IMG/VR virus record: IMGVR_UViG_3300027749_000044
Source of the DNA: a virus
Length of the DNA stretch: 64,000 nucleotides
Strand: one strand, 5' to 3'
The notes under the pieces were generated by a model that was given only the letters and a program-made list of their open reading frames with translations, ran no database searches and was not told the origin of the DNA. Below are positions 20,394 through 30,576 of the stretch, in pieces. Each line of letters opens with the position of its first letter. Position 1 is the stretch's first letter. The translations under genes were made by a program, and so were the position numbers.

Positions 20394-21563
20394 ATGGCCA
20401 ATACTATATTACAAATTAGAAGAGGTACTACGACCGCCGTGCCTGCCTCTTTGGCCAACGGCGAACTTGCGTATTCTTCTAACGGCACATCTAATTCATT
20501 GTTCATTGGTTCGCCAGACGGTGTAACCGGAGTTATTAGAATTGCCGGCGGTAAATATCCATATTTACACCAAGGTACCGCTGGTGGTATACTTACGGCA
20601 AATGCTGTTCCTATCACGGACGCCAATGCATATATGTCGAATACGTATACGTCTGGATTGTTTGTTTCGCCATCTATTGCTTCTCCTGCCGCAAACTCAA
20701 CTGCGGCTTTAATTACATCTATTACCCCAGTCGGCAACACGACCCAGATTGGATCTACAATCACAGGTACAAATACCGAATTGGCGACAACATATGCTAT
20801 TACAACATATGTTAACGCAAAAGTTGGTGGTGGTTCTGTAAACACACAAGCCCAATACTCATTTTCAAATACTATTACCTTTTCTAATGCTGTTTCTTTC
20901 CCGGTTAACTCTCGTATTCTTGACTCTACCGGATCACAAGGTACTATTGGTCAAGTACTAACATCTAACGGTACCGGCAACGTATATTGGTCTTCCGTAG
21001 CAGGTGTTAATACTTCGGCGCAATATACATTCGCAAACACTATTACATTTTCATCAAACGTAACTATTAACGCATCCGCCTCTATTACAGGCAACTTGAA
21101 TGTAACAGGTACAATTACTTCTATTGACGCGATAAATCTGCAAATCAAAGATAATTTCATTCGTTTGGCCGACGGCAATTTGGGTGTATCTTCAGATATT
21201 GTTGATTTCGGTATCTATGCTGGCGCGAACTCAGCCGGAACAAATACTTATTTTGGTATTGGTCGCGTTGCGTCAACAAACACATTTACATTCTTTTCTA
21301 CAACAAACGATCCATCAACAAACAACAATATCATCGGTACAGTTACCGGTATGGCTGTTTCTGCTGGATCTCTTACGCTTACAACTACTGCGCTTTCTGC
21401 CACTTCAGGAGGAACAGCACAAAATACATATGCCGCCGGTGATACGTTATATGCTTCTGCCGTAAATACATTGTCGAAGTTAACGGTCGGCGCCAATGGT
21501 AACGTACTTCAAGTAATCAATAACCTTCCTGCTTGGGGTGGTATTGATTGCGGAACATTCTAG
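20394..21563 (+). CDS. Tail fibre/appendage protein with Mtd_N-like N-terminus
   Basis: ILQIRRGT..LANGELAY N-terminus, GQVLTSNGTGNVYW repeat, C-terminal IDCGTF. Confidence 0.7.
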   Translation: MANTILQIRRGTTTAVPASLANGELAYSSNGTSNSLFIGSPDGVTGVIRIAGGKYPYLHQGTAGGILTANAVPITDANAYMSNTYTSGLFVSPSIASPAANSTAALITSITPVGNTTQIGSTITGTNTELATTYAITTYVNAKVGGGSVNTQAQYSFSNTITFSNAVSFPVNSRILDSTGSQGTIGQVLTSNGTGNVYWSSVAGVNTSAQYTFANTITFSSNVTINASASITGNLNVTGTITSIDAINLQIKDNFIRLADGNLGVSSDIVDFGIYAGANSAGTNTYFGIGRVASTNTFTFFSTTNDPSTNNNIIGTVTGMAVSAGSLTLTTTALSATSGGTAQNTYAAGDTLYASAVNTLSKLTVGANGNVLQVINNLPAWGGIDCGTF

Positions 21564-21616
21564 ACACTCGCAACTTTGCCTATATACCATAGTACAAAGT
21601 ATTATGGAGAATTACT

Positions 21617-22198
21617 ATGGAAAAGTATGGATTTATTTACGTATGGTTTGATAAAGGATATAATCGATTTTATGTCGGCCGCCACTGGGGCCATGTAAAT
21701 GACGGATATATTTGTTCATCAAATAGTATGAGAGATGCACATCGCCGGCGTCCAATGGATTTCAAACGCAGAATTGTGTCGATTGTTCATACAAAAGAAG
21801 CTCTTGTTATCGAAGAACAAAAATGGTTGGATATGATTAAACGAACTGAATTAAATAAGAAATATTATAATAAAACGCAAAAGGCAACGACGCCATCTAT
21901 GCTTGGTTATAGTCATTCTGATGAAACGAAAGCTAAAATTGCAAGTTCAAATAAAGGTAAAAAAAGATCAGAAGAAACTAAAGAAAATATTCGAAAATCT
22001 CTATTTGACCAATATGAAAATACGAACAAACGAGAATTGATATCACAACAACAAAAGAAAATTTGGTCCGATCCCGAATACAGGCAGAGACAATCAGACG
22101 TACATAAAGGTAAACCAGGACCAAATAAAAATCGTCCCATGAAAGAGTCAACCAAAGAAAAGCTACGGCAATTAAATCTAAATAGGAACAGAAAGTAA
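21617..22198 (+). mobile_element. Free-standing GIY-YIG (Seg-like) homing endonuclease with NUMOD3 repeats
   Basis: GFIYVW..FYVGRHWG..DGYICSS, conserved E and YYN, and HSDETKAKI/RSEETKENI NUMOD3 motifs. Confidence 0.85.
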
Positions 22199-22233
22199 AC
22201 TCCGTCCTTATATAAGGACTCACAGGAGGCCAT

Positions 22234-23853
22234 ATGGCTAATACGGTACTACAAATAAGGAGGTCTTCTGTTACAGGAAGAATTCCTAATACGACCTCAT
22301 CTTCTAACACCCAGTATATTAACCAGGGTGAGTTGGCTCTTAATATGGCCGACTTTAAAATGTTTTCGTCTAATGGTACCGTCTCCTTCGAAATTGGCTC
22401 AAATGTCGCAACACAATATATTGGCAATTCATCTTCGGCCGGATTAATATCGAATTCAACCGGAATATATTCTCCTTTAATTGTAACTAATGTGATTTCC
22501 ATCGGAGTTGGAAATGTTGTTTCTTCAGGAACAACTACGACACTCAATCAAAATTCTCCTAGTGTAATACGTGTAACGGGAACTTCAACTCAAACGGTAA
22601 AATTACCAGATTTGACAACAATTCCAGTCGGTACGTATTATATTATTGATAATGATTCAACTTCTAACGTAACGATACAAGATAGTGCCGGCGGTCCTTT
22701 GGGTACAGGCGCTCCTGGTATGGCAGGTTACATTTATTCTATGGCAAATTCTTCTGCTACAGGAAATTGGGGAGGATATGCATTTGTTCCTGGAGGCGCC
22801 ATTTGGGGAACATCAGGATTATATTACACGGGGTATTTGGCTGTAAGTAACGGAACTTCAAATACATTTGTTGTTAACAATACAAATTTCTCCGTAAATG
22901 TCGCAACTACTTTATCAAATACGGTTACAATTAGTAACTCTGTGATTTTTTCTATTGGTGCAAAAATCACAGACTCTACTGGATCCCAAGGTACAGCAGG
23001 CCAAGTATTAACTTCCAACGGATCAGGAAATGTATATTGGTCAACCGTATCTGGTGGAGGTGGTGGTTCAGTTAATGTTAATTCAACTTATAGTTTCACC
23101 AACACGATTACATTCACCAATTCGATATCTCTTCCGGTGGGATCCCGCATTCTTGATTCGGCCGGATCACAAGGTGCCGTAGGTCAAGTATTATATTCAA
23201 ATGGATCAGGAAATGTATATTGGGGGGCGGCCGCATCTGGTGGCGCCGGCGTTAATACTGCATATCAATACGGATTCACGAATACTATTTCGTTTTATGC
23301 AAATGTTAATATTGTTGGAAATTCCACGTCTGAACTTGTAGTAGGAAACACAACAGTTTATGTTATAGCTAATTCTACTTCTATTTCAGGCACAGGCGGA
23401 AATTCTACTATAACCGCGAATGGTTTCGTAACCACATTTGATATCTTAGGTAATTTTTATCCAGCCAATAATTTGTATATTGCAAATGGGTCAACCATAA
23501 TTGCCAACGGCGCTTCTGGATCAAATGGGCAAGTACTCACATCAAATGGCACAGGAATATATTGGGCGACCGCGTCCGGAGGCGGAACAGGATCAAATAA
23601 CAGATCAGTGTCATCAAATACAACACAAACATTAAATGATGATTTCATTTTAGCAACAGGTCCTGTAACTATTACTCTTCTTTCGGCAGCCACAGGCAAA
23701 AAAATATATATACAAAATGCATCAAATACAGGCCCAGTAACTATATTACCTAATGGATCTGATACTATTGGAAACCAAGCCAACTTAGTGATTGTATATA
23801 GAAGATCATCAGTTGGCTTGCAACCTGCTACAACCGATTGGGTAAAATTCTAG
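22234..23853 (+). CDS. Tail fibre/appendage protein, paralog of 20394..21563
   Basis: VLQIRRSS..GELALN N-terminus and three GQVL(T/Y)SNG(S)G(NV/I)YW repeats. Confidence 0.7.
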   Translation: MANTVLQIRRSSVTGRIPNTTSSSNTQYINQGELALNMADFKMFSSNGTVSFEIGSNVATQYIGNSSSAGLISNSTGIYSPLIVTNVISIGVGNVVSSGTTTTLNQNSPSVIRVTGTSTQTVKLPDLTTIPVGTYYIIDNDSTSNVTIQDSAGGPLGTGAPGMAGYIYSMANSSATGNWGGYAFVPGGAIWGTSGLYYTGYLAVSNGTSNTFVVNNTNFSVNVATTLSNTVTISNSVIFSIGAKITDSTGSQGTAGQVLTSNGSGNVYWSTVSGGGGGSVNVNSTYSFTNTITFTNSISLPVGSRILDSAGSQGAVGQVLYSNGSGNVYWGAAASGGAGVNTAYQYGFTNTISFYANVNIVGNSTSELVVGNTTVYVIANSTSISGTGGNSTITANGFVTTFDILGNFYPANNLYIANGSTIIANGASGSNGQVLTSNGTGIYWATASGGGTGSNNRSVSSNTTQTLNDDFILATGPVTITLLSAATGKKIYIQNASNTGPVTILPNGSDTIGNQANLVIVYRRSSVGLQPATTDWVKF

Positions 23854-23862
23854 GAGAAATGA

Positions 23863-25368
23863 ATGTATTTAGAAACCCTTAATTTAACTGACGCCAATCT
23901 TTTTATTACTACGACAGTAGGTAATACATATCTTAACGCAGTCTTAACCAATGGAAGTGCCAACATTGCCAACTTATCGGCAATGTCAAATTCCAATATT
24001 GGACAATATCTTTCTCCAATTACAGGATTTACACAAGGTACATTCGTTACATCTGTAACGAATTCGTCTCTTGTAACTGTATCAAGTACTTATACAGGAC
24101 CATCTACTTCTACGGCCACAGTTGCATTTTACCCGATTGTAGGAACATCAATTGATACTACTAATTATGCTTCTGTTGTAATTCAAGCTACTGGTACGTT
24201 CATGGCAGAAATTTTTATCGAAGGATCAAATGATAATACGAATTGGGATAAGTTATATATTCTTCCGTTGAATGATCTTGTATTGACTGATAATATTTCA
24301 GTTGCCGGTAACTATCATCTAAAAACTTCGACTAGATATATTCGATACAACGTACAGCAAATACAAAACGGTACAATTGCTGGCATTATAATGTATGGAA
24401 GATCAGGCACAGGACCTTCTGCGGCGGATGGATTATCAATTGCTCTGTCTCAAGAACAATATACGCCATTAAACGTAAATATTATGTCTGGTCTAAAAAC
24501 CGACCAAAAGCAAGCATTAGTATTGGCCGATGCTTCTGTTCCATTTGTTATTCAGAATCCGTCGGTTGGTTCGAATTATATCATTGATACGACAGGATAT
24601 CAATCAATTGATTTAACTTCAATTGGATATACGGCATCTGCCGTACAAGGATCAAATGACGGATTAACTTGGTCGGCAATAACAGGAACAACACTAGCCG
24701 GTGTTTCGTCAACAACTGTGGCTGCGGGAACTAGTTATGTATTTCCTTGTTATACGAAATATGTCAGATTTATTGCATCTGCTTCCGGTACAGCTACAGG
24801 ATTTTTGAGGCAACAGCCTTATAACATGGGATTGAATATTTCGACTATAGCAGGTGTTGCTATCTCGGCAACTACTGCGCAGTTAGGAATGAATTTGGTC
24901 AATATTGGTGGTACGGCCGCAGTTACAGGTGGTTTAGCTGGTACTATTGGTGTCGGTGGTCCTTCTGCTGCCAATATTACTCCAACTTATAACTATTTGG
25001 GTGTTGGTGGAATTGATGCAAACGGATTTATGAGAAGAATTCTTACTGATTCTACAGGAAGATTACAACTCAATGGATTTAACGCAATATCTGCCCAATC
25101 GGCAAATACATCCACTACAGATCCAAAAACAACCATTGGTGCAATTACCAGTACAACTCAAGCCACGGCTGCTTTGAATGTACAGGATACTTCACAGTTT
25201 GAAGGTCAATCTCAAGTCGAATTACTTGCTTTGATCTTATTAGAATTGCGCATAGCAAATCAACAAAGATATGAAATGGTAAATATATTAAATAATGGAA
25301 TAACAAATGGTATGGATCCACCAGAAAATTTCAGATCAGATCCTTCTACTCTATTCTTTGTACAATAA
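23863..25368 (+). CDS. Hypothetical virion structural protein
   Basis: AGGAG RBS; two EGSND/QGSND..W repeats; beta-rich. Confidence 0.6.
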   Translation: MYLETLNLTDANLFITTTVGNTYLNAVLTNGSANIANLSAMSNSNIGQYLSPITGFTQGTFVTSVTNSSLVTVSSTYTGPSTSTATVAFYPIVGTSIDTTNYASVVIQATGTFMAEIFIEGSNDNTNWDKLYILPLNDLVLTDNISVAGNYHLKTSTRYIRYNVQQIQNGTIAGIIMYGRSGTGPSAADGLSIALSQEQYTPLNVNIMSGLKTDQKQALVLADASVPFVIQNPSVGSNYIIDTTGYQSIDLTSIGYTASAVQGSNDGLTWSAITGTTLAGVSSTTVAAGTSYVFPCYTKYVRFIASASGTATGFLRQQPYNMGLNISTIAGVAISATTAQLGMNLVNIGGTAAVTGGLAGTIGVGGPSAANITPTYNYLGVGGIDANGFMRRILTDSTGRLQLNGFNAISAQSANTSTTDPKTTIGAITSTTQATAALNVQDTSQFEGQSQVELLALILLELRIANQQRYEMVNILNNGITNGMDPPENFRSDPSTLFFVQ

Positions 25369-25397
25369 CCAATTAACAAATCTAAAGGAGATATTAT

Positions 25398-26054
25398 ATG
25401 TTAGTACAAAAGCAAGTAGGTCCAGTAACTACAACTTCATCATTGGCTGCTGGTGCCTCAATCAACGGACGACTTGGAAACATGGGCGAGGATATCGTAT
25501 CCGAACTACATGGTCGTTATTATGAAACTACATATCGTCGCGCCAATTTCTCCGCGTCGGCATTAGCAACAACACATTCATCTACTGGTGTTCCTACAAC
25601 AGGTGCTGCCTTTACCGGTGTTGTATTAGTAAATCCTCCAGGCAACGTATTTAACATGGTTGTTAATAAGTTCAACGCATTCCATTCAGTTGCGCCTACT
25701 GCTGGTGTAATTGGTTTGGCTAGAGCATATGGACTCACTGCGATAGCAACAACTACTGCTCCGGCCGCGCCTGGTACTTCAGGGGTTAACCGTTATGCAG
25801 GCGGCGCGGCTCCAACAGGATCACTATACATTGTTGGTACATACACATTTGCTCCAGCCGCAATCGTAACAAATGTTGTTGGATATAACGGTGCCACTCT
25901 TCTTACAACTACCGCACAACAGCCATCTAACCTTATTGATCTTGAAGGTGGATTCATTCTTCCTCCTGGATCTTTGGCCGCAGTTTATCTTTCTGCTGCG
26001 TCGGGTGCTTCTGGGCTCAACGTTTCGGTTGATTGGGAAGAAGTTCCAGTATAA
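25398..26054 (+). CDS. Hypothetical virion structural protein
   Basis: AAGGAG RBS; ORF is followed by a terminator. Confidence 0.6.
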   Translation: MLVQKQVGPVTTTSSLAAGASINGRLGNMGEDIVSELHGRYYETTYRRANFSASALATTHSSTGVPTTGAAFTGVVLVNPPGNVFNMVVNKFNAFHSVAPTAGVIGLARAYGLTAIATTTAPAAPGTSGVNRYAGGAAPTGSLYIVGTYTFAPAAIVTNVVGYNGATLLTTTAQQPSNLIDLEGGFILPPGSLAAVYLSAASGASGLNVSVDWEEVPV

Positions 26055-26062
26055 TATTAGAT

Positions 26063-26090
26063 TGGCCCCGGAGAGATCCGGGGCCATTTG
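26063..26090 (+). terminator. Rho-independent terminator
   Basis: 10-bp stem TGGCCCCGGA/TCCGGGGCCA with GAGA loop, followed by TTTGTCT. Confidence 0.7.
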
Positions 26091-26108
26091 TCTAGAATTG
26101 GTATTACT

Positions 26109-28682
26109 ATGAATTTGTCGGGCGTAACCCTCAACGGAGTTAATTTAAAAAGTATTTTATTTAACTACGTATATAATTTCAATTCTGGTAATTATACTCA
26201 AGCAACTAGTAGCTATAATAGCTATGATCTTGGTATTTTACCAGGATGGTCATATTCACGCTCAGGTGATTCCGGATTAACTAATACTTACGTTCTACAA
26301 TCTCCAAATTTATTAACAAATTCTATTCCCAATAGTGGTAATGGTTGGGCAAGTAATTATTCATTAAACCAAATCACCAATACAAACGTTGCTTATGCTC
26401 CAGATGGAACATTCACTGCATCCCATTTCGGAGATAATTATGGTGGCGGTGGGTTTTATGCGGCGGCAACAAGTGTAGATTCTTCTTTCGCGAACAACAA
26501 TTGGGCTATATCTGGATATTTCAAATATTGTTCCGAAGTTACTTATATCGGTGTCTATATCAAAGACTCATTTTATGGATCAAATCAATTTGGGTGTATA
26601 ATAAACATACAAAATGGACAAATAACTTCTCCTGTGGGAGTATCAGGAAATGGAACTTTTATTTCCGCATTTGTCGATACTTTACCTAATGGTTGGTTTA
26701 GATTAAAGCTCATAGGATCATTTTCTGCTGCATATGCTCCAACAATTGTATTGACATTATTGTCAGATGCAACAGGTACAGGATGGAGTGGAGGATCCGG
26801 CGGCGGGTGTTATGTTTGGGGATTCCAAGCAGAGCAAGGATCTACAGTTAATACTTATATTCCAACAAATGGTACTGTAGCTCCACCATTGGCCACCTTT
26901 CCCGCGACGGCAACAAACATATTACAACATAGTACACCAAATGCATCAAATAGTTGGTCTGTGTATTCAGGATCACCGACTATTACTTCTGGTCAGATAG
27001 ATCCTATAGGTGGTACAAATGCAGTGCTTGTTGCTTTATCGGCGGCATCCCGTGGAACTAATGTATGGACTAGCCCTTCGGATTCATCAACATATAGTGG
27101 AACTACTTACACATATTCTGTGTATTTAAAAACGTCAAGCGGAACAGCATCAATAGCATTAGCATATGGAGCCTACGGAGTTTCTGGATTTGATCCTTTG
27201 TATGGACCTGATATATTGGTTACTTCAACATGGCAAAGATTTACAGTAAATTTTATACCTCCAATAAATAACTCAATTACTTATGTTGGAATCACTAATG
27301 GTTCGGGGGGTGCGGCCGCGACTGTTTATATGGCATTTGCTCAACTAGAAACAGGAACAATAGCAACTACATTTAAGCCAACCACAGGATCAACCGCGTC
27401 GGCATCATTTCCCCGCGTTACCAATTTAGGATTATATGAAGAAAATTCTACGACGAACGTATTATTATGGAGCCAAGACTTCACAAACGCTTCGTGGGTC
27501 AAATTTAATGCAACCATGGCTTCGACGGCTGTGCTTGCTCCTGATGGGTCTTCAACAGCTCAGACACTTACAAACGCAGCTTCCACTTCAAACACCCAAT
27601 GTGCAATTTATCAAACCCCGTCAAAGTCTTCGGGAACAAGCTACACGTTTTCGGTTTTTGTAAAATCAGGAAATACAAATAGAATTACTATAAGCCAACA
27701 ATATGGCACGTCTTCATATGCTGACAATATTTTTGACGTTTCAAGTCAGACTTGGATACTTGTAGCCTCAGCAACATCTTTCAAATCAGCCATAGCCTTA
27801 GCGAATGGATGGTGGCGGATCTCCGTCACCATGACGACTACCGCGGCCGGAAATTTTCAAACCGGCGTCGGAGTGGTAGACAGCATCGGTGCTTCTCCAG
27901 CCGCAAGTCAGCCTGGAAACTATTGTTATGTTTGGGGGTTTCAGTGTGAAACTGGGAACTCTCCGACGTCTTATACTCGCACGTCAACTGCTACTGTTAC
28001 ACGCGGTTCTGAAACAATTACTCAAACATACGGATCTGTACCTAATAATATTGCAGTAACTAGTACTCCACTCGGAACGATGAATTATCCATTTCCAAGC
28101 GTAACAAATTTATTGCCAGCATCGTCGCTTAGTAATGTTTATCAAGGATACAACGTAGGATCACCACAATTAACATCAAGCGTATCTACACAAGTAATGC
28201 CAGACGGAAGTACGTCAGGTGGAACTGATTTAGTTTTGGCTTCAGGTTATCCTCCTGGATTCTGTTTTTATGGTGGATTTTATAATTATAACGTAATTCT
28301 ATCGGCCGCAACTACTTATACAGTGTCAGTATGGGCAAAAACTACATCAGGTACCTGTCAATTCCAATTTGATTATTGGGATGGAACTCAACAAAGATTT
28401 TCGGCCAATCAAACTGTAACAACAACTTGGCAAAGATTTACTTGGACGTACACAACAGTTAGCCCTTCCGGAACACAGCATACACCTTTAGGAATAACTT
28501 TTAATAGTTCACAAACGGCCGCTTCATTTACGGTTTGGGGATGGCAAGTTGAAAAATCAAACGTAGCAAATGGATATATTCCTACAACATCTTCTTCTGC
28601 TACATTATCTGTTAATTCTCCATTCACGTTATCACAGGCGCCATTTTTAAATCAAACTATAAATTCTCTTTATATCTCATAA
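26109..28682 (+). CDS. Fibre/head-spike protein with four tandem carbohydrate-binding-like domains
   Basis: Four units, each beginning (T/P)N(L/I/V)L and ending W/F-G/A-x-Q-x-E-x-G/S...Y/F-x-P/R-T (e.g. VWGFQAEQG..TYIPT, MAFAQLETG..FKPT). ATG at 26109. Confidence 0.65.
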   Translation: MNLSGVTLNGVNLKSILFNYVYNFNSGNYTQATSSYNSYDLGILPGWSYSRSGDSGLTNTYVLQSPNLLTNSIPNSGNGWASNYSLNQITNTNVAYAPDGTFTASHFGDNYGGGGFYAAATSVDSSFANNNWAISGYFKYCSEVTYIGVYIKDSFYGSNQFGCIINIQNGQITSPVGVSGNGTFISAFVDTLPNGWFRLKLIGSFSAAYAPTIVLTLLSDATGTGWSGGSGGGCYVWGFQAEQGSTVNTYIPTNGTVAPPLATFPATATNILQHSTPNASNSWSVYSGSPTITSGQIDPIGGTNAVLVALSAASRGTNVWTSPSDSSTYSGTTYTYSVYLKTSSGTASIALAYGAYGVSGFDPLYGPDILVTSTWQRFTVNFIPPINNSITYVGITNGSGGAAATVYMAFAQLETGTIATTFKPTTGSTASASFPRVTNLGLYEENSTTNVLLWSQDFTNASWVKFNATMASTAVLAPDGSSTAQTLTNAASTSNTQCAIYQTPSKSSGTSYTFSVFVKSGNTNRITISQQYGTSSYADNIFDVSSQTWILVASATSFKSAIALANGWWRISVTMTTTAAGNFQTGVGVVDSIGASPAASQPGNYCYVWGFQCETGNSPTSYTRTSTATVTRGSETITQTYGSVPNNIAVTSTPLGTMNYPFPSVTNLLPASSLSNVYQGYNVGSPQLTSSVSTQVMPDGSTSGGTDLVLASGYPPGFCFYGGFYNYNVILSAATTYTVSVWAKTTSGTCQFQFDYWDGTQQRFSANQTVTTTWQRFTWTYTTVSPSGTQHTPLGITFNSSQTAASFTVWGWQVEKSNVANGYIPTTSSSATLSVNSPFTLSQAPFLNQTINSLYIS

Positions 28683-28704
28683 ATAACCAAAAAAGGAGAA
28701 TAGA

Positions 28705-29448
28705 ATGTCTACACCAATAACAAGAGCACAGTTCAAGGCTAATGTATTAAGAAGAATTGGTGCACCTGTAATTGAAATTAACGTAGATGACGATCAAGTC
28801 GATGACAGGATTGACGAAGCTCTTAGTTATTGGCATGATTTCCATTACGACGGACAAACAAAACAATATTACAAGTATGGCCCGATTACAATAACCGACC
28901 AAACAAATAAGTATATTACTTTGCCTGCAAATATTATTGGGGCGGTTTCTATTTTTCCTGTAGGACAATCATTATCAACAAATAATCTTTTTAATATTAG
29001 ATATCAAATTGCATTGAATGATCTATATGATTTAACTGCAACAACGATGGTGCCATATTACATGGCCATGCAGCATATCCAATTCTTAGAACAGCTATTG
29101 GTTGGCAACCAACCAATTAGGTTCGAGAGACATTCTGGTAGATGTTATATAGACATGGATTGGACAAAAGTTAATGCCGGACAATATTTAATTATTGAAG
29201 CGTACGGAATAGTCGATCCTGATGTATATGCTGATGTTTGGTCGGACAGATGGCTACAAAGATATGCGGCCGCGCTGGTAAAACAACAGTGGGCAGAAAA
29301 TTTGTCAAAATATACTGAAGTAAGTTTACCAGGCGGAACCAAATTTAACGCCGTAAATATTATGCAAACTGCTTTATCGGAAAAAGAAAAATTAGAGGAA
29401 GAAATTAGGACAACCTATTCTCTTCCCCCTGGATTCTTTATGGGTTAA
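28705..29448 (+). CDS. gp13: Neck protein gp13
   Basis: LRRIGAPVIEINVDDDQVDDRIDEAL, ALVKQQWAENLSKY, LPGG..FMG. Confidence 0.92.
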   Translation: MSTPITRAQFKANVLRRIGAPVIEINVDDDQVDDRIDEALSYWHDFHYDGQTKQYYKYGPITITDQTNKYITLPANIIGAVSIFPVGQSLSTNNLFNIRYQIALNDLYDLTATTMVPYYMAMQHIQFLEQLLVGNQPIRFERHSGRCYIDMDWTKVNAGQYLIIEAYGIVDPDVYADVWSDRWLQRYAAALVKQQWAENLSKYTEVSLPGGTKFNAVNIMQTALSEKEKLEEEIRTTYSLPPGFFMG

Positions 29449-30542
29449 TGTTCTAATCTTAGAACATAATCCCAATCGATCATGCTACGTCTGTTATACT
29501 TGCATATGCCGCTAACATGCGGACAATAAAAATTGATGTGTTTGTCATACCAAAATGCACGATCTAATGCCGAAACAATAGATTTGCTGTCTGTTGGATC
29601 TGCCCATAATGTTTTATTTGACCAATCTATTTCAGGACAAGTAACAATTGGAACATCACAATTAATAAAATCGGCCGCCACAATGTTAAAAGTTTCAGAA
29701 AAAGAAACTTGCATTCCTATATCCATACTACGAACTAACAACAAAAAATCTTCGTGTTGCATCCAAGGATGTTCTATTAATTCACAGTCCTTGACGTGAT
29801 CAAATATTTCTCTTAAATTCTTGAGAATAGGTTGTCCATTTCCTTCGAGTCGATTTCCATTAATGTGGAAACGTAACTTTTTTTTCTTTTTGTGTGCAAA
29901 TTCTATTGCAGCAATAGCTTGTGTGATATGATTTTTTAAAGGACGGATTGCACCAAAACAACCAATGTCGAGTGTATCTTTGTTTTTAGGATATGGTGTT
30001 TTTTTTCTAACATTCAAGGGGTAATAATTCGGAAGATAATTTATTTTTCGTTCTACGAATTCTCTATCCCAAAATGGATATGTTTTCCACGCCAATAATC
30101 TAAGTTCACGCAAAGCTTTAGGATGATTACAAGAAACGTGAACATTTGGATATTGAAGGTATTGTAACGACCAACCAAATGCAATACCTTCATTGGCAAG
30201 GAAAGGAGTATTGCTGTGATTTCTAATGATCCAGATTACATTAGGATGTAATTTCGTTAGAATATCAAATTTTTCAGGAACAACCCAATATGCTTCAATA
30301 ATTACGTGTGTTGGTTGATATAAATTTACTTCGCGATCAATGTCATTGTTATCATGGACTTGTACTAATTTTGATTCGTAACCGAGATTTTCATACAACA
30401 TGTTACACACAAATTTAGCTGAATTCAATAATCCGCTAGATAGACCTTTTGTATATGCCCAATCTTTTGTTTCGAGTGTAGGATTATTATAAGTTCCATA
30501 ATCGCTTTCTCTGTATTTTAAAATAAATAATACACGTTTCAT
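29445..30542 (-). CDS. Glycosyltransferase (GT-B fold), with its own late promoter
   Basis: IGCFGAIRPLKN and QVSFSETFNIVAADFI (E-x7 motif region of GT4-like enzymes). Last gene of the sugar operon. Confidence 0.7.
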   Translation of the reverse strand: MKRVLFILKYRESDYGTYNNPTLETKDWAYTKGLSSGLLNSAKFVCNMLYENLGYESKLVQVHDNNDIDREVNLYQPTHVIIEAYWVVPEKFDILTKLHPNVIWIIRNHSNTPFLANEGIAFGWSLQYLQYPNVHVSCNHPKALRELRLLAWKTYPFWDREFVERKINYLPNYYPLNVRKKTPYPKNKDTLDIGCFGAIRPLKNHITQAIAAIEFAHKKKKKLRFHINGNRLEGNGQPILKNLREIFDHVKDCELIEHPWMQHEDFLLLVRSMDIGMQVSFSETFNIVAADFINCDVPIVTCPEIDWSNKTLWADPTDSKSIVSALDRAFWYDKHINFYCPHVSGICKYNRRSMIDWDYVLRLEH

Positions 30543-30567
30543 GATCCGCTCTCCTTGCTGGCGGATC

Positions 30568-30575
30568 TATTTATG
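30568..30575 (-). promoter_or_regulatory. T4-type late promoter CATAAATA for the 29445..30542 glycosyltransferase
   Basis: Forward TATTTATG is CATAAATA on the minus strand, about 25 nt upstream of the ATG; the same variant precedes gp13 and gp22. Confidence 0.65.
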
Positions 30576-30576
30576 G

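Noticed and set aside
20394-23853. Diversity-generating retroelement suggested by Mtd_N-like domains
   Set aside because: No reverse transcriptase and no template/variable repeat pair differing only at adenines was seen in the window.
346-28627. Many 60-190 aa minus-strand and off-frame ORFs in the structural region
   Set aside because: They are shadows of S/T/N/G-rich plus-strand genes, with no RBS, promoter or recognisable motifs.
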